Shown: positions 19,227 through 31,029, counted from the stretch's first letter. The stretch: 64,000 bases of DNA from Methylotenera sp. (GCF_029946165.1 NZ_JAQSDZ010000024.1:35825-99824); one strand, 5' to 3'. A program made the numbers and translations. The notes: a model not told the origin generated them from the letters alone.

Positions 19227-19901
19227 TCACTCGAAATTTCGTAACCCAGCAATATTGGTAATCACAATTTCCTTACCATTCACTTCAATTAACCCAACAT
19301 TATTAAGCCTTAACATTACGCGGGAGAGCGTTTCTGGCGTGATGTTGAGCATGGATGCGATTGTCAGTTTGTTAGCAGGTAACAACACTCGCTCAGGGTT
19401 GGGGGACTCAGAGCTAATCTGTAATAAATAGCCAATCAGGCGTTGCGTACTATTTTGCAATGAAATAGATTCAATATCATTGACCAGTTGGCGGTTACGG
19501 GCAGATATGCCAGCCAACATGCGTCTCACAACCGTTACATCGTTATCCAGAATATCAAAAATTGCATCTCTGGTAATTAATAAAACTTTGGAGTCTAAGG
19601 TTGCCTGTGCGTAAATTGGAAAAGTACGCTCTAGGAATAAAACTGCCTCACCAAAACTTTCACCTGCCTGAATTAAACCGATGACTTTTTCATCTCCTTG
19701 TGGAGAAATGACGCCAAGCTTAATCTGACCGTCGAGCAGTAAGTAAAAGCCATGCGCTTTATCGCCACGGTTAAACAGTACTCCTCCTCTTGGCACATCC
19801 ACTAATCTTGTTCCATTGGCAAGCGGCTCAATTTGGGCGGGCTGAAGCTCTGAGAACATGTAAAACTCAGATAGCTTTTGAGCAATAAGTACTTTATCCA
19901 T
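19227..19901 (-). CDS. Crp/Fnr family regulator, Dnr/NnrR type (no N-terminal Fe-S cysteines)
   Basis: cNMP-fold GESFGEA, IASMLNITPETLSR HTH; divergent from norC. Confidence 0.9.
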   Translation of the reverse strand: MDKVLIAQKLSEFYMFSELQPAQIEPLANGTRLVDVPRGGVLFNRGDKAHGFYLLLDGQIKLGVISPQGDEKVIGLIQAGESFGEAVLFLERTFPIYAQATLDSKVLLITRDAIFDILDNDVTVVRRMLAGISARNRQLVNDIESISLQNSTQRLIGYLLQISSESPNPERVLLPANKLTIASMLNITPETLSRVMLRLNNVGLIEVNGKEIVITNIAGLRNFE

Positions 19902-19964
19902 TTTTTAATACCTTAAATTCTATTAAAGATTATTGTTGACTAATTTACTCAAGTTTAAAAAAAC

Positions 19965-19978
19965 TTGATTCCGGTCAA
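19965..19978. promoter_or_regulatory. Fnr/Dnr box upstream of norC
   Basis: TTGAT-TCCG-GTCAA. Confidence 0.85.
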
Positions 19979-20044
19979 GAATTAAAATGCTGCCTACTGC
20001 TATTGTTCGAGCTGTATTTTTATTCACTCTGTAGGAGCAATGTT

Positions 20045-20470
20045 ATGAGCGCAACTTTCACTAAGTCCATGGCGCGAAATGTTTTTTATGGTGGAGGAGT
20101 TTTCTTCTTCCTTTTATTTATCGCACTCACTTTCGACACTATGAAGGTTTTACCGAAGCGAGACAATAGTCAAAACATTACGCCAGCCGTTGAACACGGC
20201 AAAAAGCTATGGGAGACCAACAATTGTATTGGTTGCCATACGTTGTTGGGCGAAGGTGCGTATTTTGCTCCTGAACTAGGCAATGTGTATCCCCGTCGCG
20301 GACCAGATTTTATTAAAGCGTGGATCAAAGGGCAGCCAACAGGCGTTCCTGGACGTCGTCAAATGCCGCAGTTTAATTTAACTGATGCGGAGATTGATGA
20401 TCTTGTTGCGTTTCTTAAATACGCTTCTGAAATCAACACTAATAAATGGCCGCCAAACATTGAAGGCTAG
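20045..20470 (+). CDS. norC: Nitric oxide reductase cytochrome c subunit
   Basis: TKSMARNVFYGG, CIGCH, APELGNV, GRRQMPQF; start set at ATG20045 (AGGAG RBS). Confidence 0.96.
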   Translation: MSATFTKSMARNVFYGGGVFFFLLFIALTFDTMKVLPKRDNSQNITPAVEHGKKLWETNNCIGCHTLLGEGAYFAPELGNVYPRRGPDFIKAWIKGQPTGVPGRRQMPQFNLTDAEIDDLVAFLKYASEINTNKWPPNIEG

Positions 20471-20485
20471 TCCGTCATTTTCTAA

Positions 20486-21874
<1,389 letters not shown>

Positions 21875-21895
21875 TTTACTAAAAGATTGAATTAG

Positions 21896-21924
21896 AAAGA
21901 GGGGTTTCGGCTCCTCTTTTTTCT
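21896..21924 (+). terminator. Intrinsic terminator after norB
   Basis: AAGAGGGG-TTTCGG-CTCCTCTT followed by a T-run. Confidence 0.8.
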
Positions 21925-21972
21925 TTATGACTTTGATTTTTACGCCTAATTTTTACTACTGATTTTTACAAC

Positions 21973-21986
21973 TTGATTTCGGTCAA
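21973..21986. promoter_or_regulatory. Fnr/Dnr box upstream of norE
   Basis: TTGAT-TTCG-GTCAA. Confidence 0.85.
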
Positions 21987-22066
21987 TGACTAGGCCAGCT
22001 ATAAAACGCAAGATACAGACAATGTTACTAACAAAATTAATCATTAAATTTAACCATAGGAATTAA

Positions 22067-22648
22067 GTGCCACCAGCTATCAACATCAATAATCAAGATG
22101 ACCTTCCAGGGGACTTCGCTATCTGGATTTTTATATTTGCCGAAATGTTAGCCTTTGGCGTGCTGTTTGTCGCCTATGCGTTTAGTCGAGCTCAAGATGT
22201 TGAGCTATTCAATGCGTCGCAACTGACATTAAGTCGTATTTCTGGTGCAATCAACACGCTGGTGCTGATTACCAGTAGTTACTTTGTTGTTCAAGGCGTT
22301 GCGGCTATTAAACGTGGTTTAAATAAACAATGTGCACATTGGCTGACAGGCGCATTCATACTGGGTGGTGTGTTTGTCGTTATCAAAATGGTGGAATTTC
22401 ATGCCAAGTTTGCAGCGGATATCACCATGAGCACTAACAATTTTTATATGTTTTACCTATCACTCACTTTTTTTCATTTTATGCATGTATTGATGGGCAT
22501 GGTGATTCTAGCCATGATTATCATGAAGGCTAAACGTGGCGGGTATAGTACCCAAGACTACGTGGGTGTTGAAACTGGCGCCTCGTTTTGGCACATGGTA
22601 GATTTTCTATGGATTATTCTATTCCCACTGGTTTACATCATACGTTAG
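22067..22648 (+). CDS. norE: NorE, cytochrome oxidase subunit III-like
   Basis: LPGDFAIWIFIFAEM, TFFHFMHV, FWHMVDFLW. Confidence 0.9.
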   Translation: MPPAININNQDDLPGDFAIWIFIFAEMLAFGVLFVAYAFSRAQDVELFNASQLTLSRISGAINTLVLITSSYFVVQGVAAIKRGLNKQCAHWLTGAFILGGVFVVIKMVEFHAKFAADITMSTNNFYMFYLSLTFFHFMHVLMGMVILAMIIMKAKRGGYSTQDYVGVETGASFWHMVDFLWIILFPLVYIIR

Positions 22649-22655
22649 GGCGATT

Positions 22656-22925
22656 ATGGCAAACAATAAAGCACTATTTCCTACAGTCATATGGCTCACG
22701 CTGGTTGCCTTGACAATCATAACGTTTAGCTTAGGTGAATCTGCAATGTCTGGTAAAGGCGTAATGCTTACGCTTTTAGCGATCACCATGATTAAAAGTC
22801 AGTTGGTGGCTAATTATTTTATGGCTTTGCGCAAAACTAAGTTTTTGTGGCGCGCCATTATGTTTGGCTATTTCATCATCGTGGGCAGTTTAATTGCAAT
22901 GGCTTATTTAATGGGCCTTAAATAA
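22656..22925 (+). CDS. Cytochrome oxidase subunit IV-like small membrane protein (NorF-like)
   Basis: Three TMs, KSQLVANYFMALR motif; sits between norE and norQ. Confidence 0.75.
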   Translation: MANNKALFPTVIWLTLVALTIITFSLGESAMSGKGVMLTLLAITMIKSQLVANYFMALRKTKFLWRAIMFGYFIIVGSLIAMAYLMGLK

Positions 22926-22974
22926 TTTTAAACGCCTTAAACCGACTAAATTTAAAAGCAATACGGGAAACATC

Positions 22975-23757
22975 ATGGAAAACCTACCTTTTTATCAATC
23001 GCACGGGAGCGAAATTGAGCTTTTTGAGCGTGCATGGCGTAACAATTTGCCTTTGCTTATTAAAGGGCCAACGGGTTGTGGTAAAACACGTTTTGTAGCA
23101 CACATGGCAGCACAACTTAATTTACCGCTCTACACCGTAGCCTGTCACGATGACCTCACTGCGGCGGACTTGGTCGGTCGCCATCTGATTGTGGATGGTC
23201 AAACCGTATGGAGTGATGGTCCTTTAACACGCGCGGTGCGTGAAGGGGGCATTTGTTATCTAGATGAAGTAGTTGAAGCACGTAAGGACACAACGGTTGT
23301 ATTGCATCCATTGGCTGATGATAGGCGCATATTGCCAATAGACCGTACCGGTGAAATATTGGCCGCGCCACCTTCTTTCATGCTCGTGGTTTCTTATAAC
23401 CCTGGCTATCAAAACTTTTTAAAAGGCATGAAACCATCAACCAGGCAGCGTTTCATTTCACTTGCTTTTGATTTTCCATCCGCCGCGCAAGAGGAAGCCA
23501 TTCTCATTGGTGAAACAGGCATCGATGAAATGTTAGCAAAGCGTTTGGTCTCTATTGCTAACGCTTTTCGTGCATTGCGTGATCATGATTTAGAAGAGGT
23601 CGCTAGTACGCGCTTGCTGGTATATGCCGCCATTCTGATTAAAGATGGCTGCGAGCCAACATTGGCTTGTCGCGCGGCCTTTGTTGAGACTTTGACCGAC
23701 GACCCAGAGACCGCAGTTGCTCTGCGCGAAGTGATTGATGCGACATTCGGACTTTAG
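22975..23757 (+). CDS. norQ: CbbQ/NirQ/NorQ AAA+ ATPase
   Basis: GPTGCGKT, YLDEVVEARKD, SYNPGYQ, STRLLVYAA. Confidence 0.96.
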   Translation: MENLPFYQSHGSEIELFERAWRNNLPLLIKGPTGCGKTRFVAHMAAQLNLPLYTVACHDDLTAADLVGRHLIVDGQTVWSDGPLTRAVREGGICYLDEVVEARKDTTVVLHPLADDRRILPIDRTGEILAAPPSFMLVVSYNPGYQNFLKGMKPSTRQRFISLAFDFPSAAQEEAILIGETGIDEMLAKRLVSIANAFRALRDHDLEEVASTRLLVYAAILIKDGCEPTLACRAAFVETLTDDPETAVALREVIDATFGL

Positions 23758-23798
23758 CCCTAGCGCCATGAAATCGCCTTACTTGATTACACGTTAAC

Positions 23799-25637
23799 AT
23801 GGAAGAATATGTCGGTGAGTTATGGCATAAGTTGGTCACACGCGTTGCCGATAAGCAACACGCGGAGGCTGCTGTTAACTTGGATGAGATCAGCAAAACC
23901 GCGGCTATTTTCTTTCGAGCTTTAGGTGGCGATGCGGGCTTGAACCTATCGGCTGCCGCATCCACTCGTCATGGTGCACGCCGTGGCTGGCGGGATAGGC
24001 TTGCTAGCAGTGGTGAACGAATTGAATTGTCTTGGCGAGATGGCGAAACATTACGCCTACCTGAAAAAATAGACCTGTTTTCTGAGCGCAGCCTTAACCG
24101 TGATATGTATCTCTGGTTGACAGCGCTTTCAGCAGCCGATGTTGATGACAACTTACCTTGGATCGTTCGTAATCAAACGGCAACATTAGCCACACTGACA
24201 CGTTTTCCAGGTCTGGTTTCTCGATATTATCGGCTGGTAGGCGCGCTACTGCTATTGCGTACTTTACCCTCGAAACTGCCTATTGAAGAAGCTGCGCAAG
24301 AGAGTGCTATTCGCCAAGCACTTCAACAGCCAGGCAGTATTTATGATTTGCCAACAGCTAAAAAACCATTTCAACCTGTGCTACTTTGGACACACCCAAG
24401 CCCGCCAGTCAATGCGAGTAATAAAGTCAGCAGCAGTGATGGGGCACCTGAACGAGAGCAGTCAGACGATAAAAATGTAGCTAAAAGTCGTCGGAAGCAT
24501 GCTGCTGAGCGCACTGATATGCCCGATGGTAAGGATGGATTTCTCATGATGTTTCGCGCTGAGAGCTTATTTTCATGGACTGAATATATCAATGTGAATC
24601 GTCCGCAAGATGAGGAAGATGATATTGAACGCGCAGCCCTCGCCGCCGAGGATATGGATACCATGACTGTTGCCCGCGATGGAGAAACGAGTGTTGCGAA
24701 GCTGCGTTTCGACCTTGACCTCCCATCTGCAGGTGAGGATGATACGCCACTGGGTGAGGGTATTCCATTGCCTGAGTGGGATTATAAAAAGCAAGTGATG
24801 CAGCCAGATTATTGCCGTTTACAAGAGTATGTCTCTCCTCAAGCCCAGCCTTGCGAATTGCCAACACAGCTTCGGCGCACCGCAAGGCGCTTGCGTAGTC
24901 AATTTCAAGCGCTGGTGCCAACCAGAACTTGGCTAAAAGGACAACAGGATGGTGATGAGATAGACCTTGATGCTTGGGTGCGACAAGAGGCAGACTTACT
25001 CAGCGGCACTCATGCAGACGGTCGTGGCATGTATCGTGCGCAAGTAAATCAGCAACGTGATTTGGCATGTTTGCTATTGGCGGACTTGTCACTCTCTACC
25101 GATGCTTATGCCTCTGACCATGCGCGTGTGATTGATGTCATACGTGATAGTTTATTTTTATTTTCTGAAGCGCTTTCTGCAACGGGTGACCGTTTTGCTA
25201 TGTATGGTTTTTCATCGCTCAAACGCGGGAATGTGCGCTTTAATCGCTTAAAGAGTTTTGATGATCGCTATGATGGCCTTGCACGTGGACGCATTCAGGC
25301 CATTAAGCCCGGCTACTACACACGCATGGGTTCAGCTATACGCCAAGCCAGTGCGCTACTTGCTGCACAGCCACAACGCCAGCGCTTACTGTTATTGCTG
25401 ACCGATGGTAAACCTAATGACTTAGATCGCTATGAAGGCCGCTATGGTATTGAAGATACGCGCATGGCGCTACACGAAGCGCGCCAGCAAGGTTTACGAC
25501 CATTCTGCGTGACAATTGATAATGAAGCTAATGAGTATCTACCGCATTTGTTTGGTGTTGGCGGCTTTGCCGTGATACGCAAACCAGAAGATTTGCCTAA
25601 AGAACTTCCACTGCTGTATGCGCAAATGACGCGCTAG
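23799..25637 (+). CDS. norD: NorD VWA domain protein
   Basis: MEEYVGELWH start, YPEWDY-like LPEWDY, DLSLST, KPGYYTRMG, LTDGKPND. Confidence 0.95.
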   Translation: MEEYVGELWHKLVTRVADKQHAEAAVNLDEISKTAAIFFRALGGDAGLNLSAAASTRHGARRGWRDRLASSGERIELSWRDGETLRLPEKIDLFSERSLNRDMYLWLTALSAADVDDNLPWIVRNQTATLATLTRFPGLVSRYYRLVGALLLLRTLPSKLPIEEAAQESAIRQALQQPGSIYDLPTAKKPFQPVLLWTHPSPPVNASNKVSSSDGAPEREQSDDKNVAKSRRKHAAERTDMPDGKDGFLMMFRAESLFSWTEYINVNRPQDEEDDIERAALAAEDMDTMTVARDGETSVAKLRFDLDLPSAGEDDTPLGEGIPLPEWDYKKQVMQPDYCRLQEYVSPQAQPCELPTQLRRTARRLRSQFQALVPTRTWLKGQQDGDEIDLDAWVRQEADLLSGTHADGRGMYRAQVNQQRDLACLLLADLSLSTDAYASDHARVIDVIRDSLFLFSEALSATGDRFAMYGFSSLKRGNVRFNRLKSFDDRYDGLARGRIQAIKPGYYTRMGSAIRQASALLAAQPQRQRLLLLLTDGKPNDLDRYEGRYGIEDTRMALHEARQQGLRPFCVTIDNEANEYLPHLFGVGGFAVIRKPEDLPKELPLLYAQMTR

Positions 25638-25666
25638 AGCAGCGTTAGCTATTTAATTTTCCGTTC

Positions 25667-25680
25667 TTGATGCTGGTCAA
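25667..25680. promoter_or_regulatory. Fnr/Dnr box upstream of nirK
   Basis: TTGAT-GCTG-GTCAA. Confidence 0.85.
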
Positions 25681-25780
25681 GATAACCAACATGTTTAGTC
25701 GCTATTCTGTATTCAAGGTGCGGCAAATGGCCGCAGACATTTGAAAAAAATGTCATACCTATCGCTAAAGGGAGGCCATC

Positions 25781-27292
25781 ATGCTTAATTTCAAGCACCA
25801 ATTTAATTTCAAAACTAAAGTACTCGTGACTATGCTCAGTGCAGCATTAGTATTTGTTTCATGTGCACAAGTTACAGAAAAATCGGCATCTCAATCCACT
25901 TCAGATAGTGCAAAGAATGACGTAACAGTCGCTGGAAAGTTGCCTGTCATTGAGGGCGTTTTAACCTTTGCACCCAATGTGCCACCCCCAATTACCCGTA
26001 ATTATCCTGCAAAGGTCGTTATTAATGTAGAAACACAAGAAAAAGTTATGCGCATGGCGGATGGTGTGGACTATATGTTCTGGACGTTTGGCGGACAAGT
26101 CCCAGGGCAGTTTATGCGTGTTCGCGAGGGCGATGAAGTCGAATTTAACTTATCCAATAGCCCTGATTCCAAAATGCCACATAATATCGATCTACATGCA
26201 GTGACAGGCGCTGGTGGTGGAGCGACAGCGTCATTCACAGCGCCGGGGCACACCTCTACATTCAGTTTCAAAACACTTAATCCTGGCTTGTATGTTTATC
26301 ACTGTGCCACGGCACCTGTGGGTATGCACATTGGGAATGGTATGTACGGTTTGATACTAGTAGAACCTAAAGAAGGGCTATCTAAGGTTGACCGTGAATA
26401 TTATGTGATGCAAGGTGATTTCTACACCAAAGGCAAATATGGCGAAGCTGGTTTGCAACCCTTTGATATGGAAAAGGCAATTAAAGAGCAGCCAGATTAC
26501 GTGGTATTTAATGGCTCAGTAGGAGCGCTCAATGGGGAAAAGGCAATTACCGCTCAGGTCGGTGAAACTGTACGATTGTTTGTGGGCAATGGTGGTCCGA
26601 ATATGGTTTCCTCGTTCCATGTCATTGGCGAGATTTTTGACAAAGTTTACGTAGAGGGTGGCAAATTAGAAAATCATAACGTTCAAACAACGCTAGTGCC
26701 AGCAGGTGGTGCAGCCATTACTGAATTTAAGGTGGATGTTCCTGGTACATTTATTATGGTTGACCACTCAATTTTCCGTGCCTTTAATAAAGGGGCTTTG
26801 GGTATGTTAAAGGTTACAGGCCCAGAAGATAAAATTGTTTATTCAGGCAAACAGGCAGATAAGGTTTACTTACCAGAAGGCTCTGCAACACAATCAATTG
26901 CCAACCCTACCGCGGCAGCTACCAAGACTTTGACTAAGGATGAACGTATTGCCCAAGGTAAAAACGTATATGAGGCTAATTGTTTAGCTTGTCATCAAGC
27001 TAATGGAGAGGGAATTCCTAATGCGTTCCCACCCCTTGCTAAGTCAGACTATTTAAATGCTGATCACGACCGCGCAATCAATATATTACTGCATGGCCGT
27101 TCAGGTCCAATTACCGTCAATGGTAAAACTTTTGACAGCGTAATGCCGGCGGTTGCGCTTAATAATGAGCAAATTTCTAATGTCTTAACCTATGTCTTGA
27201 ATAGTTTTGGCAACATGGGTGGTCAAGTAACGCCTGCTCAAGTAGATAAACAGCGTAAAGTCGCTCCGGCAAATGTCGATAGCCACGGCTAG
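25781..27292 (+). CDS. nirK: Copper nitrite reductase (AniA-like lipoprotein) with fused C-terminal cytochrome c
   Basis: Lipobox FVSC; Cu ligands in [26 protein letters not shown]; C-terminal CLACH. Confidence 0.95.
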   Translation: MLNFKHQFNFKTKVLVTMLSAALVFVSCAQVTEKSASQSTSDSAKNDVTVAGKLPVIEGVLTFAPNVPPPITRNYPAKVVINVETQEKVMRMADGVDYMFWTFGGQVPGQFMRVREGDEVEFNLSNSPDSKMPHNIDLHAVTGAGGGATASFTAPGHTSTFSFKTLNPGLYVYHCATAPVGMHIGNGMYGLILVEPKEGLSKVDREYYVMQGDFYTKGKYGEAGLQPFDMEKAIKEQPDYVVFNGSVGALNGEKAITAQVGETVRLFVGNGGPNMVSSFHVIGEIFDKVYVEGGKLENHNVQTTLVPAGGAAITEFKVDVPGTFIMVDHSIFRAFNKGALGMLKVTGPEDKIVYSGKQADKVYLPEGSATQSIANPTAAATKTLTKDERIAQGKNVYEANCLACHQANGEGIPNAFPPLAKSDYLNADHDRAINILLHGRSGPITVNGKTFDSVMPAVALNNEQISNVLTYVLNSFGNMGGQVTPAQVDKQRKVAPANVDSHG

Positions 27293-27307
27293 TAGCTGGG
27301 GTTAATT

Positions 27308-28096
27308 GTGTTGCTATACTATTTTGCCCTCATGATGTTCATTTCCCCTAGCACTTGGGGGCAAGATAGTATCGCAAACAATGGCATGGCTAATATCACA
27401 GCGGGTGAATATCGCCCGCTGTATCTTAGTTTGGACAGTCCATTAGTCAGTGTGGCGCCATTTAAGCTAGATAAGCAAGCTGTTACAAATCGTGAGTATC
27501 AAAATTTTGTTTCACAAAATACTAAGTGGCAACGGGCAATTTCCCACAGTTTATTTGTAGAAGATGCTTACTTAAGTCACTGGGAGAAAGGCGCTAATCA
27601 ATTTCGCCCTAACTCAGCTGATTTAGAAAAGCCGGTGATTTTTGTTTCATGGTATGCAGCTCAAGCTTATTGTCAGGCTCAACAGAAACGTTTGCCAACA
27701 GTAGCTGAATGGGAGTATGTAGCCCAAGCTTCTTTTACCCAAAAAGATGGAAGTCAGGAAAAGGATTACAACCAAAAAGTATTGGATTGGTACGCTAAAG
27801 CGGCAAAACATACGCTTACAGAAGTCGGTAAAGATGAGCCAAATTATTGGGGCGTGCATAATATGCACGGCTTGATTTGGGAGTGGACAGAAGACTTCAA
27901 CTCTGACCTTATTAGCGGCGAGTCACGTGATGATAGCAGTGTGAATAAAGATCTTTACTGTGCTTCTGGGAGTGCTGGTGCAGTGAACCCCAGTGATTAT
28001 GCAGCGTTTATGCGCTATGGATTTCGCTCCAGCCTAAATGCTAAATTTACCCTAGGTAGTTTAGGTTTCAGATGCGCTATGGATGGCGATCAATAG
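27308..28096 (+). CDS. FGE-sulfatase (SUMF1/NirV-like) domain periplasmic protein
   Basis: PVIFVSWYAAQAYC, RLPTVAEWEY, PNYWGVHNMHGLIWEW, LGFRC. Confidence 0.9.
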   Translation: MLLYYFALMMFISPSTWGQDSIANNGMANITAGEYRPLYLSLDSPLVSVAPFKLDKQAVTNREYQNFVSQNTKWQRAISHSLFVEDAYLSHWEKGANQFRPNSADLEKPVIFVSWYAAQAYCQAQQKRLPTVAEWEYVAQASFTQKDGSQEKDYNQKVLDWYAKAAKHTLTEVGKDEPNYWGVHNMHGLIWEWTEDFNSDLISGESRDDSSVNKDLYCASGSAGAVNPSDYAAFMRYGFRSSLNAKFTLGSLGFRCAMDGDQ

Positions 28097-28146
28097 TTCT
28101 GTACACACTATCCCAAGCCTAGAATCCATATTAAGGATTTAACCGT

Positions 28147-28725
28147 ATGAGAATGTTAATAGTAAGTTTTTTGTTTAGCTTCAGCACTACAGTTTTTGCT
28201 GCTCCGGAGCTACCTGGCGACTCCGTTTATCAAGTTGGCGGAACTTGGTTTACCGAAAACAATGAATCTATTCAACTGGAATCATTAGCAGGTAAGCCGC
28301 AACTGATTGCGCTTATTTATACGGGTTGCTCTAACTCTTGCCCGGTTATTGTGGAAAGTATGAGGCGAGTAGAAAAGCAGCTTCCAGCAAATATGCGCAA
28401 CAAAATTGGCTTCGTGTTGGTTTCACTTACACCGGACTCCGACTTTCCAAAAACGCTTAAAGCCTTTGCGGGAAAAAAGGGTTTAAATTCAAATTGGAAA
28501 GTACTCCGGGGCAATAACGACCTAGTTCGCGCACTTTCGAATGCACTCAACGGTAGATATAAAGTCATTAAAGAAGGCGATGTCGCCCATTCAAATACAG
28601 TCACACTGTTAAACAACCAAGGTCAAATACAAGTTCAAGCAAGCGGAACAATCACAGGAATTAAACCTATTTTAGAGGTGGTTGAGAAGGAATTTGCGAT
28701 TTATCAGAATGATTCAAGTCGCTGA
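28147..28725 (+). CDS. SCO family copper chaperone
   Basis: YTGCSNSCP CXXXC, distal HS histidine, signal peptide. Confidence 0.9.
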   Translation: MRMLIVSFLFSFSTTVFAAPELPGDSVYQVGGTWFTENNESIQLESLAGKPQLIALIYTGCSNSCPVIVESMRRVEKQLPANMRNKIGFVLVSLTPDSDFPKTLKAFAGKKGLNSNWKVLRGNNDLVRALSNALNGRYKVIKEGDVAHSNTVTLLNNQGQIQVQASGTITGIKPILEVVEKEFAIYQNDSSR

Positions 28726-28762
28726 TAGATTAGAAATGTTTATGAAAGCGGTAGGGTTTGAT

Positions 28763-28870
28763 ATGAAAAACACATCAAAAATTTTGTTATCACTTTTAGT
28801 TCTGTTTTATGCCACAACTATCCTGGCATAAGATACTTATTTCCCACACCAATTTTGGACAAGGTTCTAA
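28763..28870 (+). pseudogene. Signal-peptide-bearing gene stub after sco
   Basis: MKNTSKILLSLLVLFYATTILA*DTYFPHQFWTRF*; TAA at 28829 falls right at the predicted cleavage site. Confidence 0.35.
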
Positions 28871-28910
28871 TTCCTCAACCATCAAGTGCCCAACCCTATT
28901 TTAGTTGGGA

Positions 28911-28926
28911 GCGCCCGACGAGAGTC
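28911..28926. repeat. Degenerate copy of the tRNA-Arg 3' end (att-like site)
   Basis: GCGCCCGACGAGAGTC versus GCGCCCGGCGGGAGTC at 43388-43403, 14/16 identical, same orientation. Confidence 0.6.
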
Positions 28927-29017
28927 ATTCCCTCTAACCTATTAACCAGTTAATTATTGAGAGAGCTGCGCGCTGAGCAACCGCTAAGCTCTATGCTTTG
29001 TAGTATAAAAATTGGAT

Positions 29018-29809
29018 TCAGCTACTCAAATCTTTTAAAAACACCATTAATGCGACAATAATTAATAATAAGGAAAATCCATATTTCAAATACTTAGCTG
29101 AAATTTTTTCAAGCAGCGATTTTCCTAATACAACGCCTACCACTGCTCCAGCTGAAAATAGCATCACCAAAGACCAGTTGATGTATGAATGAACAGCAGT
29201 GCTCAATAGCACACTTATTGATATCAATGCAATTACGGCTAGCGAGGTTGCAATAACCGATTCTTTGGATAACATGGAAAATCTATTTAATATAGGGACA
29301 ATAATAAATCCACCTCCCACGCCCAATAATCCTGACAAAAATCCCGCTATTGCACCTGAAAATACGATTGCAATTGAACATTTGCGTGTCCATATAAATC
29401 TTCCACTGTTAGTGCTTATTGAGCATGGAACCAATTTGTCCTGTTCTAAATTTATTTCTGAATGACTATCTCTAATGGTTTTATAAGCGATAAACACTAA
29501 AATGATTACCAAAAGAAACATCAAGTATTGGTTATCTACTTTATGAGCTAGCAACACCCCAACAGGTGATAGCATGGACCCAGCGACCGCCATGATGATG
29601 GCAGCTTTATATCGAACAATACCCTTACGCAAACCTAGGATGCCAGCAAAAGTCGCAGCGGCTGCAACAGCTGAAAGTGCGATTGGAGCCGCATCTACCA
29701 TAGCCATATCTAAGAAAAAAACTAAAAGTGGCAACCCGATGATTCCGCCACCCGCGCCAGTGAGGCCCATTACCAGCCCAACAAACAGGCCTAAAAAAAT
29801 GATCATCAT
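29018..29809 (-). CDS. Sulfite exporter TauE/SafE (TSUP) family protein
   Basis: GLTGAGGGII and GLLGVGGGFIIVP repeats. Confidence 0.92.
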   Translation of the reverse strand: MMIIFLGLFVGLVMGLTGAGGGIIGLPLLVFFLDMAMVDAAPIALSAVAAAATFAGILGLRKGIVRYKAAIIMAVAGSMLSPVGVLLAHKVDNQYLMFLLVIILVFIAYKTIRDSHSEINLEQDKLVPCSISTNSGRFIWTRKCSIAIVFSGAIAGFLSGLLGVGGGFIIVPILNRFSMLSKESVIATSLAVIALISISVLLSTAVHSYINWSLVMLFSAGAVVGVVLGKSLLEKISAKYLKYGFSLLLIIVALMVFLKDLSS

Positions 29810-30232
29810 TTAAATTGGTGGTCTTATTTTTTTTAAAATTTCGAAGATACCCATGCCTGAAAGTATCGATATTACAAATAGCACTGGCTCAAAATATCCA
29901 GTCAGTACTGAATTTAATGCAGGGCCTGGACAATAGCCTGCTAGCCCCCAACCAATTCCAAAAGTGATTGATCCAAGTATGAATTTTAAATCTATTGTTT
30001 GAATACACGGAAGCTGTAGAGCTTGACCCGTGAATGTGGTTGATCTACTTTTTGCAAGTTTAAAAGGTAAGAATGCAACTGAAATAGCACCAAGCATAAC
30101 AAAAGCTAGTGACGGATCCCATTGACCTGTGATATCTAAGAAACCGATAACCTTTGCTGGATTCGACATACCTGAAATAATTAAACCCAATCCAAATAAC
30201 AAACCAGACATTAAAGCGTAGATTAATATCAT
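29810..30232 (-). CDS. YeeE/YedE family protein (DUF6691 type)
   Basis: GLIISGMSNPAKVIGFLD, WDPSLAFVM, GWGLAGYCPGP. Confidence 0.92.
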   Translation of the reverse strand: MILIYALMSGLLFGLGLIISGMSNPAKVIGFLDITGQWDPSLAFVMLGAISVAFLPFKLAKSRSTTFTGQALQLPCIQTIDLKFILGSITFGIGWGLAGYCPGPALNSVLTGYFEPVLFVISILSGMGIFEILKKIRPPI

Positions 30233-30241
30233 CTTTTTTTC

Positions 30242-30667
30242 CTACAGGAGATGTCGGGTTATGAACACGGTCACAACCCCAGCCAAGGTAAAGTAAATAG
30301 TTGCCACTACAGAACGAATGGAAAGTCTTGAAATTCCACATATCCCATGGCCACTTGTGCATCCCGAACCAAATCTTGTTCCTATTCCAACCAATAAACC
30401 AGCTATTAAAATTTCCCAATAACTAGCGGTGATAGTTATTTCGGGAAGCGGCTTAAGTAGTGCATAAATAATAGGCGAAATCATCAGTCCGATAATAGAT
30501 ATAAGTCGCCAGTTAACGTCTCCTTTCTTTGGCTTCAATAAGCCACCAAGTATCCCACTGATTCAAGCAATTTCCCCATTGAATAATATCAAAATGGAAA
30601 CAGCAACCCCAATGAGCATGCCGCCCAACAGAGATTAGAAAGGTGTAGCTTCAATCCAGTTGATCAA
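30242..30667 (-). pseudogene. YeeE/YedE family gene with two in-frame nonsense codons
   Basis: LINWIEATPF*SLLGGMLIGVAVSILILFNGEIA*ISGILGGLLKPKKG...[12 protein letters not shown]; TAA at 30637-30635 and TGA at 30565-30563, frame otherwise intact. Confidence 0.85.
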
Positions 30668-30682
30668 TGAGCTCTCCTAGGT

Positions 30683-30997
30683 TTATTTGCAAAATTGCTT
30701 ATACAAAAGTTGCAATATTGATAATGCTTCTTGGCTGGCGATACTGTAGTAAATTTGTTTTCCATCACGTCTTGTTTTAACTAAATTTTCTGTTCTCAAT
30801 ACGCTAAGCTGTTGTGAAAGTGTTGGCTGCCTGATGGCAAGCGCATTTTCTAAGTCACTCACACACATTTCTCTCTGGTTCAGTTGGCAGAGCAGTAGAA
30901 GTCGATCTGGGTTCGCCAGAGTTTTTAAAAAATCGCTAGCTTGAGTTGCTTTCCCACGCATTAGTTCAAAATCAATGTTGATGTCAGTTGTATTCAT
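30683..30997 (-). CDS. ArsR family regulator, BigR/SqrR type
   Basis: LANPDRLLLLCQL helix-2 Cys plus C-terminal QFC Cys; PTLSQQLSVLR HTH. Confidence 0.88.
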   Translation of the reverse strand: MNTTDINIDFELMRGKATQASDFLKTLANPDRLLLLCQLNQREMCVSDLENALAIRQPTLSQQLSVLRTENLVKTRRDGKQIYYSIASQEALSILQLLYKQFCK

Positions 30998-31029
30998 AAT
31001 TTAGCTATTAATTAATAAGCCTTGCATTT

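Noticed and set aside
22013-22025. TACAGACAATGT upstream of norE, similar to the TetR core
   Set aside because: It does not keep the ACAG-N2-CTGT spacing or symmetry.
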